The notes beneath the pieces are model-generated. The model ran no database searches. It saw nothing but the letters and a program-made list of their open reading frames with translations, and had not been told where the DNA came from. Shown here piece after piece: positions 1-6,946 of a stretch of 39,769 nt of DNA. Position 1 is the stretch's first letter; every line of letters begins with the position of its first letter. The translations under genes and the position numbers were made by a program. The DNA comes from a virus, in the IMG/VR virus record IMGVR_UViG_3300012922_000004, positions 1-39,769 of that record, one strand, 5' to 3'.

Positions 1-123
1 CTCGCGCTCCAGGGCGGCACAGCGCCGCTCGAGTGAAACAACTTGGCCAGCGAGCGTACGGGCGCCAGAGCCGCTGACCCTCTTTGACCTCTGAACCTTC
101 ACGGGTGTCCTCCGGGTTGTCCC
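1..123. repeat. Left copy of the 123-bp terminal direct repeat
   Basis: ctcgcgctccagggcggcac...ggttgtccc is identical to 39647-39769 by direct reading. Confidence 0.95.
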
Positions 124-217
124 CCCGGCAACTACTGTAATGGGGCACCACGACATCCGATCAAGGTGGGAATTCGCACCCGGACACACACAAGCCAGAA
201 TCCAAGCTACTCAGACG

Positions 218-475
218 TTAGTCTGGATCGGCGTCCAGAATGCGGTTGGCGCTCTCGTCTAGCTCGCGATGGAGACCGATGACCAGATCTAAACCAATCG
301 GACCATTTCGCAGGGCGCGTGACACCGTTGACTCGTGCACTTTGATGCGCTTGGCGAACTCACGCTGGGTTTCGATCCGCAGTTCCCGCATCTTGAACTT
401 GATCCAGCGGACGATTCTGTCGCGTGTCTCGCGATCTACCCGGTCGCGTGGCGGCATGGACGGAGCCTGACACAT
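218..475 (-). CDS. CI-like HTH repressor (start uncertain: 475, 457 or 544)
   Basis: HTH segment QREFAKRIKVHESTVSRALRNG. Divergent from the Cro-like gene across an operator-bearing spacer. No SD precedes any candidate ATG. Confidence 0.7.
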   Translation of the reverse strand: MCQAPSMPPRDRVDRETRDRIVRWIKFKMRELRIETQREFAKRIKVHESTVSRALRNGPIGLDLVIGLHRELDESANRILDADPD

Positions 476-480
476 GGCGG

Positions 481-528
481 CTTGCAAGGGTGCCTGCCTT
501 GCGACTTGACAACTTGCATGGTTGCAAG
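481..528 (+). promoter_or_regulatory. OR/PR-like region with three CTTGC..GCAAG-type palindromes and a TTGACA -35 box
   Basis: CTTGCAAG at 481-488, CTTGCGACTTGACAAC at 498-513, and CTTGCATGGTTGCAAG at 513-528 (perfect 6+4+6 inverted repeat). TTGACA at 506-511. The same 16-mers recur inverted at 39490-39524. Confidence 0.65.
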
Positions 529-542
529 CTAAAGACTCAGGC

Positions 543-752
543 ATGCGAGGGCCCCGACTCCTGAAGCGCTACCTGACAGAGACGCAGCAGCGGGCCGCGG
601 ATTTGAGCAGGGCGGCCAGGGTGGATCAGGCGCAACTCTCCAGGTGGCTCAGCGGACAGGGGCGGCCGGACATCGACAGCGCCGCAAGGCTTGAGCGAGC
701 GACGGGAGGCAAGGTTCCCATCCTGGCGTGGGAGAACGGCAAGACGGCTTAG
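543..752 (+). CDS. Cro/YdaS-like small HTH regulator
   Basis: 69 aa from ATG 543. Contains TQQRAADLSRAARVDQAQLSRWLSGQ plus ERATGGKVPI. Divergent from the repressor. There is almost no leader downstream of the TTGACA box. Confidence 0.7.
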   Translation: MRGPRLLKRYLTETQQRAADLSRAARVDQAQLSRWLSGQGRPDIDSAARLERATGGKVPILAWENGKTA

Positions 753-757
753 TTCGT

Positions 758-787
758 GGGGAGGTGGAAACATCTCCCCTTTCTTTT
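758..787 (+). terminator. Intrinsic terminator directly after the cro-like gene
   Basis: Stem GGGGAG (758-763) pairs with CTCCCC (774-779). 10-nt loop, then TTTCTTTT. Confidence 0.75.
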
Positions 788-849
788 GCGCGGTTAGGGT
801 GCGTGTAGGTCAGTTTAACGGTGTGAAGGATTTAACCCGGAGTACTCGC

Positions 850-1248
850 ATGGCGGAACAGAGGGGTTTGCCGCTGATCAACGGACTCCAAGCCTCCTAC
901 GCCCGCGCCGGCCAGAAACTCCTCGAGGACGTGGAGCGAGTGCTCATGCTGCACGTCCCGAAGCGCCTCATCATCGCCGAGGACATCGGGATCACCGAGC
1001 AGCATCTATCCGACGCACTGAAGGGTAACGGCAAGCACTTTGCTCTGAAGTGGCTGCCGGCGGTCGCCCGGTACGATCAGGAGCACCGCCTCGCCCGCAC
1101 CATTGCCGGCTGGCACGGCCTCGAGGTGCGCGAGCGGGAGCCACTCACGGATAGCGAGAAGCTGGCTCGACTGCGGCTTCAATTGCGCGCCAGTGGTGCC
1201 GACGTGGAAGCGATCGAACGCAGAGCATACGCGGAGGAGGAAGCCTGA
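850..1248 (+). CDS. Hypothetical early protein, possibly DNA-binding
   Basis: 132 aa from ATG 850, with GGAG 7 nt upstream. IGITEQHLSDALKGNGKHF is HTH-like. High GC3 frame. Confidence 0.5.
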   Translation: MAEQRGLPLINGLQASYARAGQKLLEDVERVLMLHVPKRLIIAEDIGITEQHLSDALKGNGKHFALKWLPAVARYDQEHRLARTIAGWHGLEVREREPLTDSEKLARLRLQLRASGADVEAIERRAYAEEEA

Positions 1249-1250
1249 AC

Positions 1251-1409
1251 ATGTACGGAAAAGACGAATCGAACCGCAAGTCAGTTGAATTGGAAATGCT
1301 CGTTGCGTGCCCGACATGCGGAGCCAAGAAGGGCGAGGCCTGCGCCCGCGGGGGCCAGACCACCGGAGACCCGCACAATAAGCGGGCACTCGCGGCAGCG
1401 AAGTCATGA
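1251..1409 (+). CDS. Small zinc-finger-like protein (52 aa)
   Basis: Hand-translated because it is below the ORF-track cutoff: MYGKDESNRKSVELEMLVACPTCGAKKGEACARGG... GGAGGA lies 9 nt upstream. Confidence 0.5.
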   Translation: MYGKDESNRKSVELEMLVACPTCGAKKGEACARGGQTTGDPHNKRALAAAKS

Positions 1410-1440
1410 CCCTGGCCCGCCGCGCGAAGGGGAAGCGATC

Positions 1441-1698
1441 ATGAGGAGGCTCCCGCTGGTGTTCCCGTTTGGGGCGCAGAACCATTGGACCGACGAGCAG
1501 ATAGATCGCAACTACCCGGCGCGCAGATCGCCGCGCCGTCCCGCAGGCGTTGAGCGCCGTCACTGGTTCGGCATGCCGCGCGAATACCGGCGCGAGCATT
1601 TCTGGTGCTGCGTCGTGTCGTGGATGTACTGCCGCGACTGCGGGCGGCTTGACCCAGACATCACCTGTGTCTGCGCGCAGACGGTGGGTGTGTCTTGA
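1441..1698 (+). CDS. Hypothetical Cys-rich protein (85 aa)
   Basis: Internal ATG of ORF 1285-1698: MRRLPLVFPFGAQNHWTDEQ...CCVVSWMYCRDCGRLDPDITCVC. Confidence 0.45.
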   Translation: MRRLPLVFPFGAQNHWTDEQIDRNYPARRSPRRPAGVERRHWFGMPREYRREHFWCCVVSWMYCRDCGRLDPDITCVCAQTVGVS

Positions 1699-1823
1699 CC
1701 GGCCTCCGCGCAGCGGCCCTCCGTGCCATTGGCTACGCGATGCTCACAACCGCCATGGGCGCAGCCCTACTCCTGCTGGTGGCGGATGCGGCGTGCCAGC
1801 GGCTGCGGAGGGGGCGGGGATGA
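1695..1823 (+). CDS. Putative 42-aa membrane microprotein (TTG start)
   Basis: TTGA overlap with the upstream stop and ATGA overlap with the methyltransferase start. Hydrophobic core AIGYAMLTTAMGAALLLLVA. Confidence 0.3.
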   Translation: MTGLRAAALRAIGYAMLTTAMGAALLLLVADAACQRLRRGRG

Positions 1824-2449
1824 GCGAGCCACGCATTCATCGCGCATTCGCAATGCCGAGTGCGCTCACATTCGAGATGCCGCCCGTTCGCGAATTGCTC
1901 GATCGGTGGCTTGGCGGACATACGCGCATCGTGGACCCGTTTTGCGGGAACAGCACAATAAGCCTGCACCGCAACGACATCCGGCATCGTGGCGGCATGG
2001 ATGCTCTGGACTGGCTACGGGACATCCGCGCGCAGGGGGTTATCGCCAGCGCAGTTTTGCTAGATCCGCCGTACTCGCCGCGCCAAATCAGGGAGCATTA
2101 CAAGGCCATAGGCCGCACGATAAACATCGAGGACACCCAAAACGCTCGCCTCTATCGCCTTGCCCGCGAAGGACTGGACGCACTCCTTGAGCCTGGCGGG
2201 ATTGCTATTTCGTTCGGGTGGTCGTCCACGGGCTTCGGGGAGCGGATGGGCTACGGGCTGCGCGAGCTGCTTCTGGTCCACCACGGCGGCGCGCACAACG
2301 ATACGATCGTGCTTGTTGAACAAAAGGGGCTTACCGGAAATGCAGTCACAAACGATCGTTCTTCTGCTCTATGCGATGGGCAGTCTCTGCTTTCTGGTGG
2401 GCTCCGTATTGAGCCTCCTGACGCGGTGATTAAGCCGGAGGCCGCATGA
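1820..2449 (+). CDS. SAM-dependent methyltransferase with DPPY motif (probable DNA N6-A/N4-C MTase)
   Basis: ATG 1820 follows a GGAGGGGG stretch. Motif I-like IVDPFCGNST comes before motif IV LLDPPYSP. 209 aa. Confidence 0.7.
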   Translation: MSEPRIHRAFAMPSALTFEMPPVRELLDRWLGGHTRIVDPFCGNSTISLHRNDIRHRGGMDALDWLRDIRAQGVIASAVLLDPPYSPRQIREHYKAIGRTINIEDTQNARLYRLAREGLDALLEPGGIAISFGWSSTGFGERMGYGLRELLLVHHGGAHNDTIVLVEQKGLTGNAVTNDRSSALCDGQSLLSGGLRIEPPDAVIKPEAA

Positions 2450-2553
2450 TCTACCTCTGGTCCGCCCTCGGCATAGCCATCCTCGCCTACTTCCTCTGGC
2501 GCATCCGCAAGCGGAGTCCGCTGGACGCGGCGCAGATTAGGAGACGCAAATGA
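2446..2553 (+). CDS. Putative 35-aa membrane microprotein
   Basis: ATGA overlaps at both ends. Sequence MIYLWSALGIAILAYFLWRIRKR... Confidence 0.4.
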   Translation: MIYLWSALGIAILAYFLWRIRKRSPLDAAQIRRRK

Positions 2554-2687
2554 GTCGTAAGGCAACGAAGCAGTTATGCCCTTCGTGCGGGAAGTCCTAT
2601 GTCAGCATCCCGACGCACCGGAAGACCAAGAAGCACCTTCGCCGCACCGCTCAGCAAGCGACGCCGTTCGCGAGCGCGCCAACGTGA
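2550..2687 (+). CDS. Small basic CxxC protein (45 aa)
   Basis: AGGAG 5 nt upstream. Sequence MSRKATKQLCPSCGKSYVSIPTHRKTKKHL. GC3 is higher than in the overlapping frame. Confidence 0.45.
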   Translation: MSRKATKQLCPSCGKSYVSIPTHRKTKKHLRRTAQQATPFASAPT

Positions 2688-2965
2688 AGAAGCGCGAGCT
2701 CAACGCCTGGATCCTCGCGCGCCGAGCCGAAGGGCTCTGGGTGCAGCCGTGTGCTGGGTTCTGCGGGGTCTGGTTCGCTCAGGTACGAGAGGGCCGAAGG
2801 GCCATCCTCTGCGAGCGGCACCGTTGCCATCTCTACCGACTCTACCAGCGGATCCACGGCCGTGCTCCGCCGGAATGGATCAAAGCCAAGTGGCTCGAGG
2901 AGCATGGGAACAGCCCACGGACTGCTGGGCCCAAGATCCGGCACGATCCGGAGATGGCGGCATGA
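2684..2965 (+). CDS. Hypothetical protein (93 aa, GTG start)
   Basis: GTGA overlap with the upstream stop. Natural composition and high GC3. The competing frame 2599-2961 is R/P/A-rich junk. Confidence 0.5.
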   Translation: MKKRELNAWILARRAEGLWVQPCAGFCGVWFAQVREGRRAILCERHRCHLYRLYQRIHGRAPPEWIKAKWLEEHGNSPRTAGPKIRHDPEMAA

Positions 2966-3483
2966 GGGTGAGATGGCGGCCGGAGTGGACCACGCTTCTG
3001 GGCACCATGCCAGACAACATCCTGTCGCGTCAGATTGGGATATCCAAGACAGCCCTCGGAAGGCGGCGCCGGGAATTAGGACTTCCGGTGTTCAGCAGCC
3101 CTCGCGTCCTTCAGTGTGGCTGGTGTGGGAAAGACGTAACGCGGGCTTACGATCATTCCGGCATCTCGTGCGATGAGTGCAAGCGGGTCAACAGGAGCGC
3201 CACCGCAAAGACATACCGCAGGAAGACTCTAGCGCGGCACAGGGCGCAAATGAGGATTTGGAGAGCTGCCAATAAGGAGCGCATCAAGCAAAAGCATGCG
3301 GCGTGGCTGGCCGCGAATCCGGATCGGGTGGCGAAGATAAGGGAGCGCAGCAACACGAGGGTAAGGCTCCAGAGGGCTCGGGCCAAAGAGCGGGCCATCG
3401 CGGAGCGGGTAGAGGCAGAAGTCCGGGCCGAACGCAATCGGCTGGGGATGGAACACTACGGCTGGGCAAGGAACGCCGAATGA
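2962..3483 (+). CDS. HTH plus zinc-ribbon protein with basic coiled-coil tail
   Basis: ATGA overlap. Contains DNILSRQIGISKTALGRRRRELGL and CGWCGK...CDEC. The C-terminus is Arg/Ala/Glu-rich. Confidence 0.55.
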   Translation: MRVRWRPEWTTLLGTMPDNILSRQIGISKTALGRRRRELGLPVFSSPRVLQCGWCGKDVTRAYDHSGISCDECKRVNRSATAKTYRRKTLARHRAQMRIWRAANKERIKQKHAAWLAANPDRVAKIRERSNTRVRLQRARAKERAIAERVEAEVRAERNRLGMEHYGWARNAE

Positions 3484-3902
3484 GTGTTGGCGTCCAGCTC
3501 AGTCCGTCGGACGGACTAGTCTTTACGATCCCCCGCTTCCAGTTGGGCCGCGGAGAGAACAATCGCGAGCACCACATGGTCACCGCGAAGCGCGTCGCCA
3601 AAGAGCGCGGCCGCGTTGCGTGGGCGTGGACGGAACTTCGCCTCCGTGGGCAGCTCAAGATCCCGCCAGCTCCGTGGGCGGTGTTGATGGTGCGCTGCAC
3701 GCCGTCGTCAGAGGGTCTCGACAAAGACAACAACGTAGCCGCGTGCAAGGCGGTCCGGGATCAGGTGGCCGCAGAACTTGGACTGCCCAACGACCGAGAC
3801 GCGAAAGGGAACGAGCCAGAGCGGGCTAGTTGGGAATGCGCCCAGGAGCTACGCGCCCAATGGGCGGTGCGCATCGAGATCCGCACTAGAGGGCTCTCTT
3901 GA
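3480..3902 (+). CDS. RusA-like Holliday-junction resolvase (tentative)
   Basis: 140 aa. NNREHHMVTAKRVAKER and GLDKDNNVAACKAVRDQVAAELG resemble the RusA D-x-D-N...K...D signature. Confidence 0.5.
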   Translation: MSVGVQLSPSDGLVFTIPRFQLGRGENNREHHMVTAKRVAKERGRVAWAWTELRLRGQLKIPPAPWAVLMVRCTPSSEGLDKDNNVAACKAVRDQVAAELGLPNDRDAKGNEPERASWECAQELRAQWAVRIEIRTRGLS

Positions 3903-3903
3903 C

Positions 3904-5001
3904 ATGGGGGAACCCAGGGAGCCGGGCGACGACCAAGATACCTACGGAATCCCCGTTGCCGAGCTCTTACGGGTCGAGATTGATCCAGCGAAGTGGATCA
4001 TTCCCGGATACGTGCAGGAGCAAGCCATAGCCGTGCTGGCGGGGCCGCCCAACGTAGGCAAGACGCTCCTCGGCATTGACTGGTGCGCGCAGGCCGTGGC
4101 TGCTGGCAAGCGCGTATTCGTCGGGCAGAACGAGGGCGGGTTGCGCGGGCTGCAGGACAGGTTGCGACGTGCCTGCGCCGCAGCCGGCATTGCAGACCCA
4201 CCAGACCGATTCACCTACCGCCGCAACATGGACGTGGCGCTCTCTGATCTACGAGCCATCAAGGATATGGCCACGGAGTTGGCAAATCACGATCTGCTGT
4301 TCCTGGATTCCCTCTCGAGCTTCTGGCCTGGTCTGAACGAAAACGATCCGCAGCACATGAGCATGGTGGCGGAGGCGCTGAAGATCCTTACCGAGTACAG
4401 CGGGGCGTCCACACTCGGAAACCACCACACCACCAAGGCCACGTGGAAGCCAGGCGAGAAGCCAAGCCTCGCGGACATCCGTGGCCACGGTGCCTTGGCT
4501 GGGCGGATTGACGCCGCGTTCATCTGTGTTCCGCCGAAGGATCGAGCGGCTGGCCTCGTCAGGTTCGATCTGCATGTGGTCAAGCAGCGTGACGAGGATT
4601 GGGCGCCCCCGAAGGCGTGTGAAGTGCTGATGACCGGACCGGCGGCGATCGTCGAGTACAAGGACATTCAGAACAGGACCGAAGGAAAGGCCCCCTCCAA
4701 GGCTGACGTGCGCGAGGCGTCGTTGGTAACTGAGATTTTGAAAGTGTGTACTGACGTGGCCAGTAGCGCTAACGAAGTTTATCGAAGACTGCTCAACGGC
4801 ACGCCAGACCAGCGCCGACTCGGGGGCCACAAGCCCGACACCATGAAGGCGATCAAGGAGTGCGTCCGTAACGGAAAGTTACAGGCCCATGAAAGCGGGG
4901 GCGTGTTCAAGCCGGTACCTGAAAAACCTAATGGTTCAAGCCGGTTCAACCGGTTCAACGAAAATCAGAACCGCACAGGTTCAAATCCGGACGAGGACTA
5001 A
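3904..5001 (+). CDS. RepA/AAA_25-like P-loop replicative helicase or initiator
   Basis: Walker A AGPPNVGKT. Walker B-like LLFLDSLSS. RecA-fold pattern. The 3' end carries iterons. Confidence 0.7.
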   Translation: MGEPREPGDDQDTYGIPVAELLRVEIDPAKWIIPGYVQEQAIAVLAGPPNVGKTLLGIDWCAQAVAAGKRVFVGQNEGGLRGLQDRLRRACAAAGIADPPDRFTYRRNMDVALSDLRAIKDMATELANHDLLFLDSLSSFWPGLNENDPQHMSMVAEALKILTEYSGASTLGNHHTTKATWKPGEKPSLADIRGHGALAGRIDAAFICVPPKDRAAGLVRFDLHVVKQRDEDWAPPKACEVLMTGPAAIVEYKDIQNRTEGKAPSKADVREASLVTEILKVCTDVASSANEVYRRLLNGTPDQRRLGGHKPDTMKAIKECVRNGKLQAHESGGVFKPVPEKPNGSSRFNRFNENQNRTGSNPDED

Positions 5002-5077
5002 TGACCAATTCTCCTGCAAATAAAGCCGGTTCAAGTGGTTCTGAACCGGTTCAGAACCGCCCGGTTCATCCGGTTGG
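4931..5077. repeat. Iteron cluster (CCGGTTCA / GGTTC in both orientations), candidate replication origin
   Basis: GGTTCA at 4933, 4943, 4952, 4978, 5028, 5048 and 5063. Inverted GAACCG at 4968, 5043 and 5054. Variants at 5037 and 5072. Followed by the hairpin TACCCCCGTAGGGGGTA at 5081-5097. Confidence 0.6.
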
Positions 5078-5119
5078 TTTTACCCCCGTAGGGGGTAAAC
5101 CAGGACCGGTGGAGGGATT

Positions 5120-5755
5120 GTGATCTACTTCATCAGGGAAGGCGGCCTTGACGGAATGATCAAGATCGGGATGGCGGCGGATCCGATTCGCCGCCTAGCT
5201 TCTCTTCAAACTGCTCATCACAAAAGACTGGAACTTTTAGCGGTTGCTGATGGATCAAGAGAGCGAGAACATGAGGAGCATCAGCGATGGGGACTGCTAC
5301 GCGTCAAGGGCGAATGGTTCAGGCCGGACGAAGAACTAGTTAAGTATGTCGCAAATCTCAATTGGGTGTCTGGTGATTGTGGTGATTGTGGTGAAGAAAC
5401 AATGTATCACTTGGTTACCGATAATGAGGTATTTTCTCACGAGCCATTGTGTGAGAAATGCGAAGAAGCAGAAGCAAGACGAGTCGAACTGCATACCGCC
5501 AAGAGGCCGAAAACCAGGTTTCTTGTCTGGCTGAAGCAATTCAAAGAGGAGGATAGTCCCATGGGTGACTTAGCCAGAGACATGGCTGATGATAGAAACA
5601 AGCCGAGAAGCTTTAATACGCTTGGGTCTCTGGAGAAGTATCTGACCAACCTCGGTGCTTGCGATGAGGCACTCCAAACGGCCGAAGAAGCTTGGCATGA
5701 GTACGTTGGAATTACCGAGTACGACACGGCAAGACTACCCCTGGCATCGCCATGA
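5120..5755 (+). CDS. T5orf172 (GIY-YIG-like) domain, CxxC zinc ribbon and YozE-like SAM domain fusion
   Basis: GTG start. IYFIREGG..MIKIGMAADPIRRLASLQT...KGEWF; CGDCG..CEKC; FLVWLKQFKEEDSPMGDLARDMADD...AEEAWHEY. Visibly lower G+C. Confidence 0.6.
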   Translation: MIYFIREGGLDGMIKIGMAADPIRRLASLQTAHHKRLELLAVADGSREREHEEHQRWGLLRVKGEWFRPDEELVKYVANLNWVSGDCGDCGEETMYHLVTDNEVFSHEPLCEKCEEAEARRVELHTAKRPKTRFLVWLKQFKEEDSPMGDLARDMADDRNKPRSFNTLGSLEKYLTNLGACDEALQTAEEAWHEYVGITEYDTARLPLASP

Positions 5756-6168
5756 TCCCGTCGCAGACGTTGCGTGAACTGGGGGCGGAGACACGGACGT
5801 TCCGCACCGTGAAGGGCGCCATGCTCTGGTATGCGGGTCAGCTGGCGAATCGCTTGCGTGTTAACCGCGATTTCGAGGCCGGTGTCGTCCCGCGCAGTAC
5901 GGAATCGATCAATCGCGCCAACGCGACGTTCGCGGCGCTGGCGGGCTGCCTGCGCAGCTATCACCCGGCGGACACGGAATCTCCACTCCTCGGAGAACAC
6001 GTTCTCTGGCTTGTCGCGTGGTACGAAACAACCGAAGGGGACGGCCAATATTTGGCGGACTGGGCGGAAATGAGCCGATGGGCGTTCGTGAAGCGTTGCA
6101 GGAAGACAGAGAGGACGCTACGAAAAAGGATGGAACAGGCCGGGTTGCTCGAGGAGCGTGATGCTTAG
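5752..6168 (+). CDS. Hypothetical protein (138 aa), possible regulator
   Basis: ATGA overlap. The C-terminal WAFVKRCRKTERTLRKRMEQAGLL is HTH-like. It lies just upstream of the packaging genes. Confidence 0.5.
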   Translation: MIPSQTLRELGAETRTFRTVKGAMLWYAGQLANRLRVNRDFEAGVVPRSTESINRANATFAALAGCLRSYHPADTESPLLGEHVLWLVAWYETTEGDGQYLADWAEMSRWAFVKRCRKTERTLRKRMEQAGLLEERDA

Positions 6169-6556
6169 TCGTCGCAAAATACAGGAGTTGAAGCATGCCA
6201 TTCGCGATGACTTCGATCTGGCACGAGAGCGTCGTGGATGGCTGGAGGAAGAAAGAGGGCAGCAAGTCGTGTACTTCATCCAAATCGCCGGGAAGCTAGA
6301 TTCGCCAATCAAGATTGGATTCAGTACCGAGGGCGGCCTTGAGGACCGTTTGTTAGCGCTACAGACTGGCAACCCATACCGGCTTCGGATTCTTGCAACA
6401 ATGCCTGGCGGGCAGGAGGTAGAAGCGCGTCTGCACGAAAGCTTCGAGCATGTCCGCATGATGGGCGAGTGGTTCGAGGCGTCTCCGGCCCTATTGGCGC
6501 TGATCGACGGGCTGCCGAATTGCGTGCGCCTTGACACGCCAGAGGAGACAGGGTAA
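6161..6556 (+). CDS. T5orf172 (GIY-YIG-like) domain protein, paralog of 5120-5755
   Basis: VYFIQIAG..PIKIGFS...RLLALQTGNPYRLRILA...MGEWFE. GAGGAG lies 4 nt upstream of ATG 6161. Confidence 0.6.
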   Translation: MLSRRKIQELKHAIRDDFDLARERRGWLEEERGQQVVYFIQIAGKLDSPIKIGFSTEGGLEDRLLALQTGNPYRLRILATMPGGQEVEARLHESFEHVRMMGEWFEASPALLALIDGLPNCVRLDTPEETG

Positions 6557-6625
6557 TGGCATGTACGCTGGGTGTTGTGCCCCCGGTGTCCGATAAATCT
6601 TTGATTCTTCATCCGAGGTGCCCTC

Positions 6626-6946
6626 ATGCCACGTGGCGGTAAGCGTACTGGCGCCGGCAGACCCCTGGGCGCGAAGAACGTACTGCCGCAGGGCTGCGTA
6701 GCTGCCGTCAGGGCCGCGGGGCTTCGGGTACCGGCAACGGCCAGCGATGCAGAGCGTGCGCTGGCGGATCGTGCGCTCTGTCGCCTAGCCGATGTGCTCG
6801 AGGGTAACGTGCATCCCGCCATGGCGTTTCCGGTGCTGCAGGCTGGTCGGCTACTCCGCGAGGAGATTTGCGGGCCGGTGCCGAAGAAGCTCGAGCACGG
6901 CGGCCCGAACGGCGCTCCGCTGGAAGTCATGATCAGGGAAGTGTGA
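6626..6946 (+). CDS. terS: Putative terminase small subunit
   Basis: N-terminal MPRGGKRTGAGRPLGAKN motif. Sits immediately upstream of TerL and overlaps it (GTGA). Confidence 0.5.
   Translation: MPRGGKRTGAGRPLGAKNVLPQGCVAAVRAAGLRVPATASDAERALADRALCRLADVLEGNVHPAMAFPVLQAGRLLREEICGPVPKKLEHGGPNGAPLEVMIREV

Noticed and set aside
500-545. Sigma-70 -10 hexamers for the PR-like and PL-like promoters
   Set aside because: The best candidates at 17-19 nt spacing (TAAAGA at 530-535; CAAGGA/AAGGAT on the minus strand near 39488-39493) are poor matches. Only the -35 boxes are reported.
2340-2429. 29-aa hydrophobic ORF (MQSQTIVLLLYAMGSLCFLVGSVLSLLTR) embedded out of frame in the methyltransferase 3' end
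   Set aside because: I cannot decide from sequence alone between a real overlapping microgene and chance. The methyltransferase frame stays open to 2449 and the next coupled ORF starts at 2446, so no separate call was made.
5001-5123. 40-codon ORF (MTNSPANKAGSSGSEPVQNRPVHPVGFTPVGGKPGPVEGL) across the iteron array
   Set aside because: It is not listed as a gene. Its repetitive P-V/G-S content is simply the translation of the CCGGTT repeats. The coupling at both ends is noted in the iteron finding as unresolved.
6557-6625. AT-richer 69-bp gap upstream of terS considered as a late promoter or pac site
   Set aside because: No repeats, palindromes or convincing promoter hexamers could be identified by eye.
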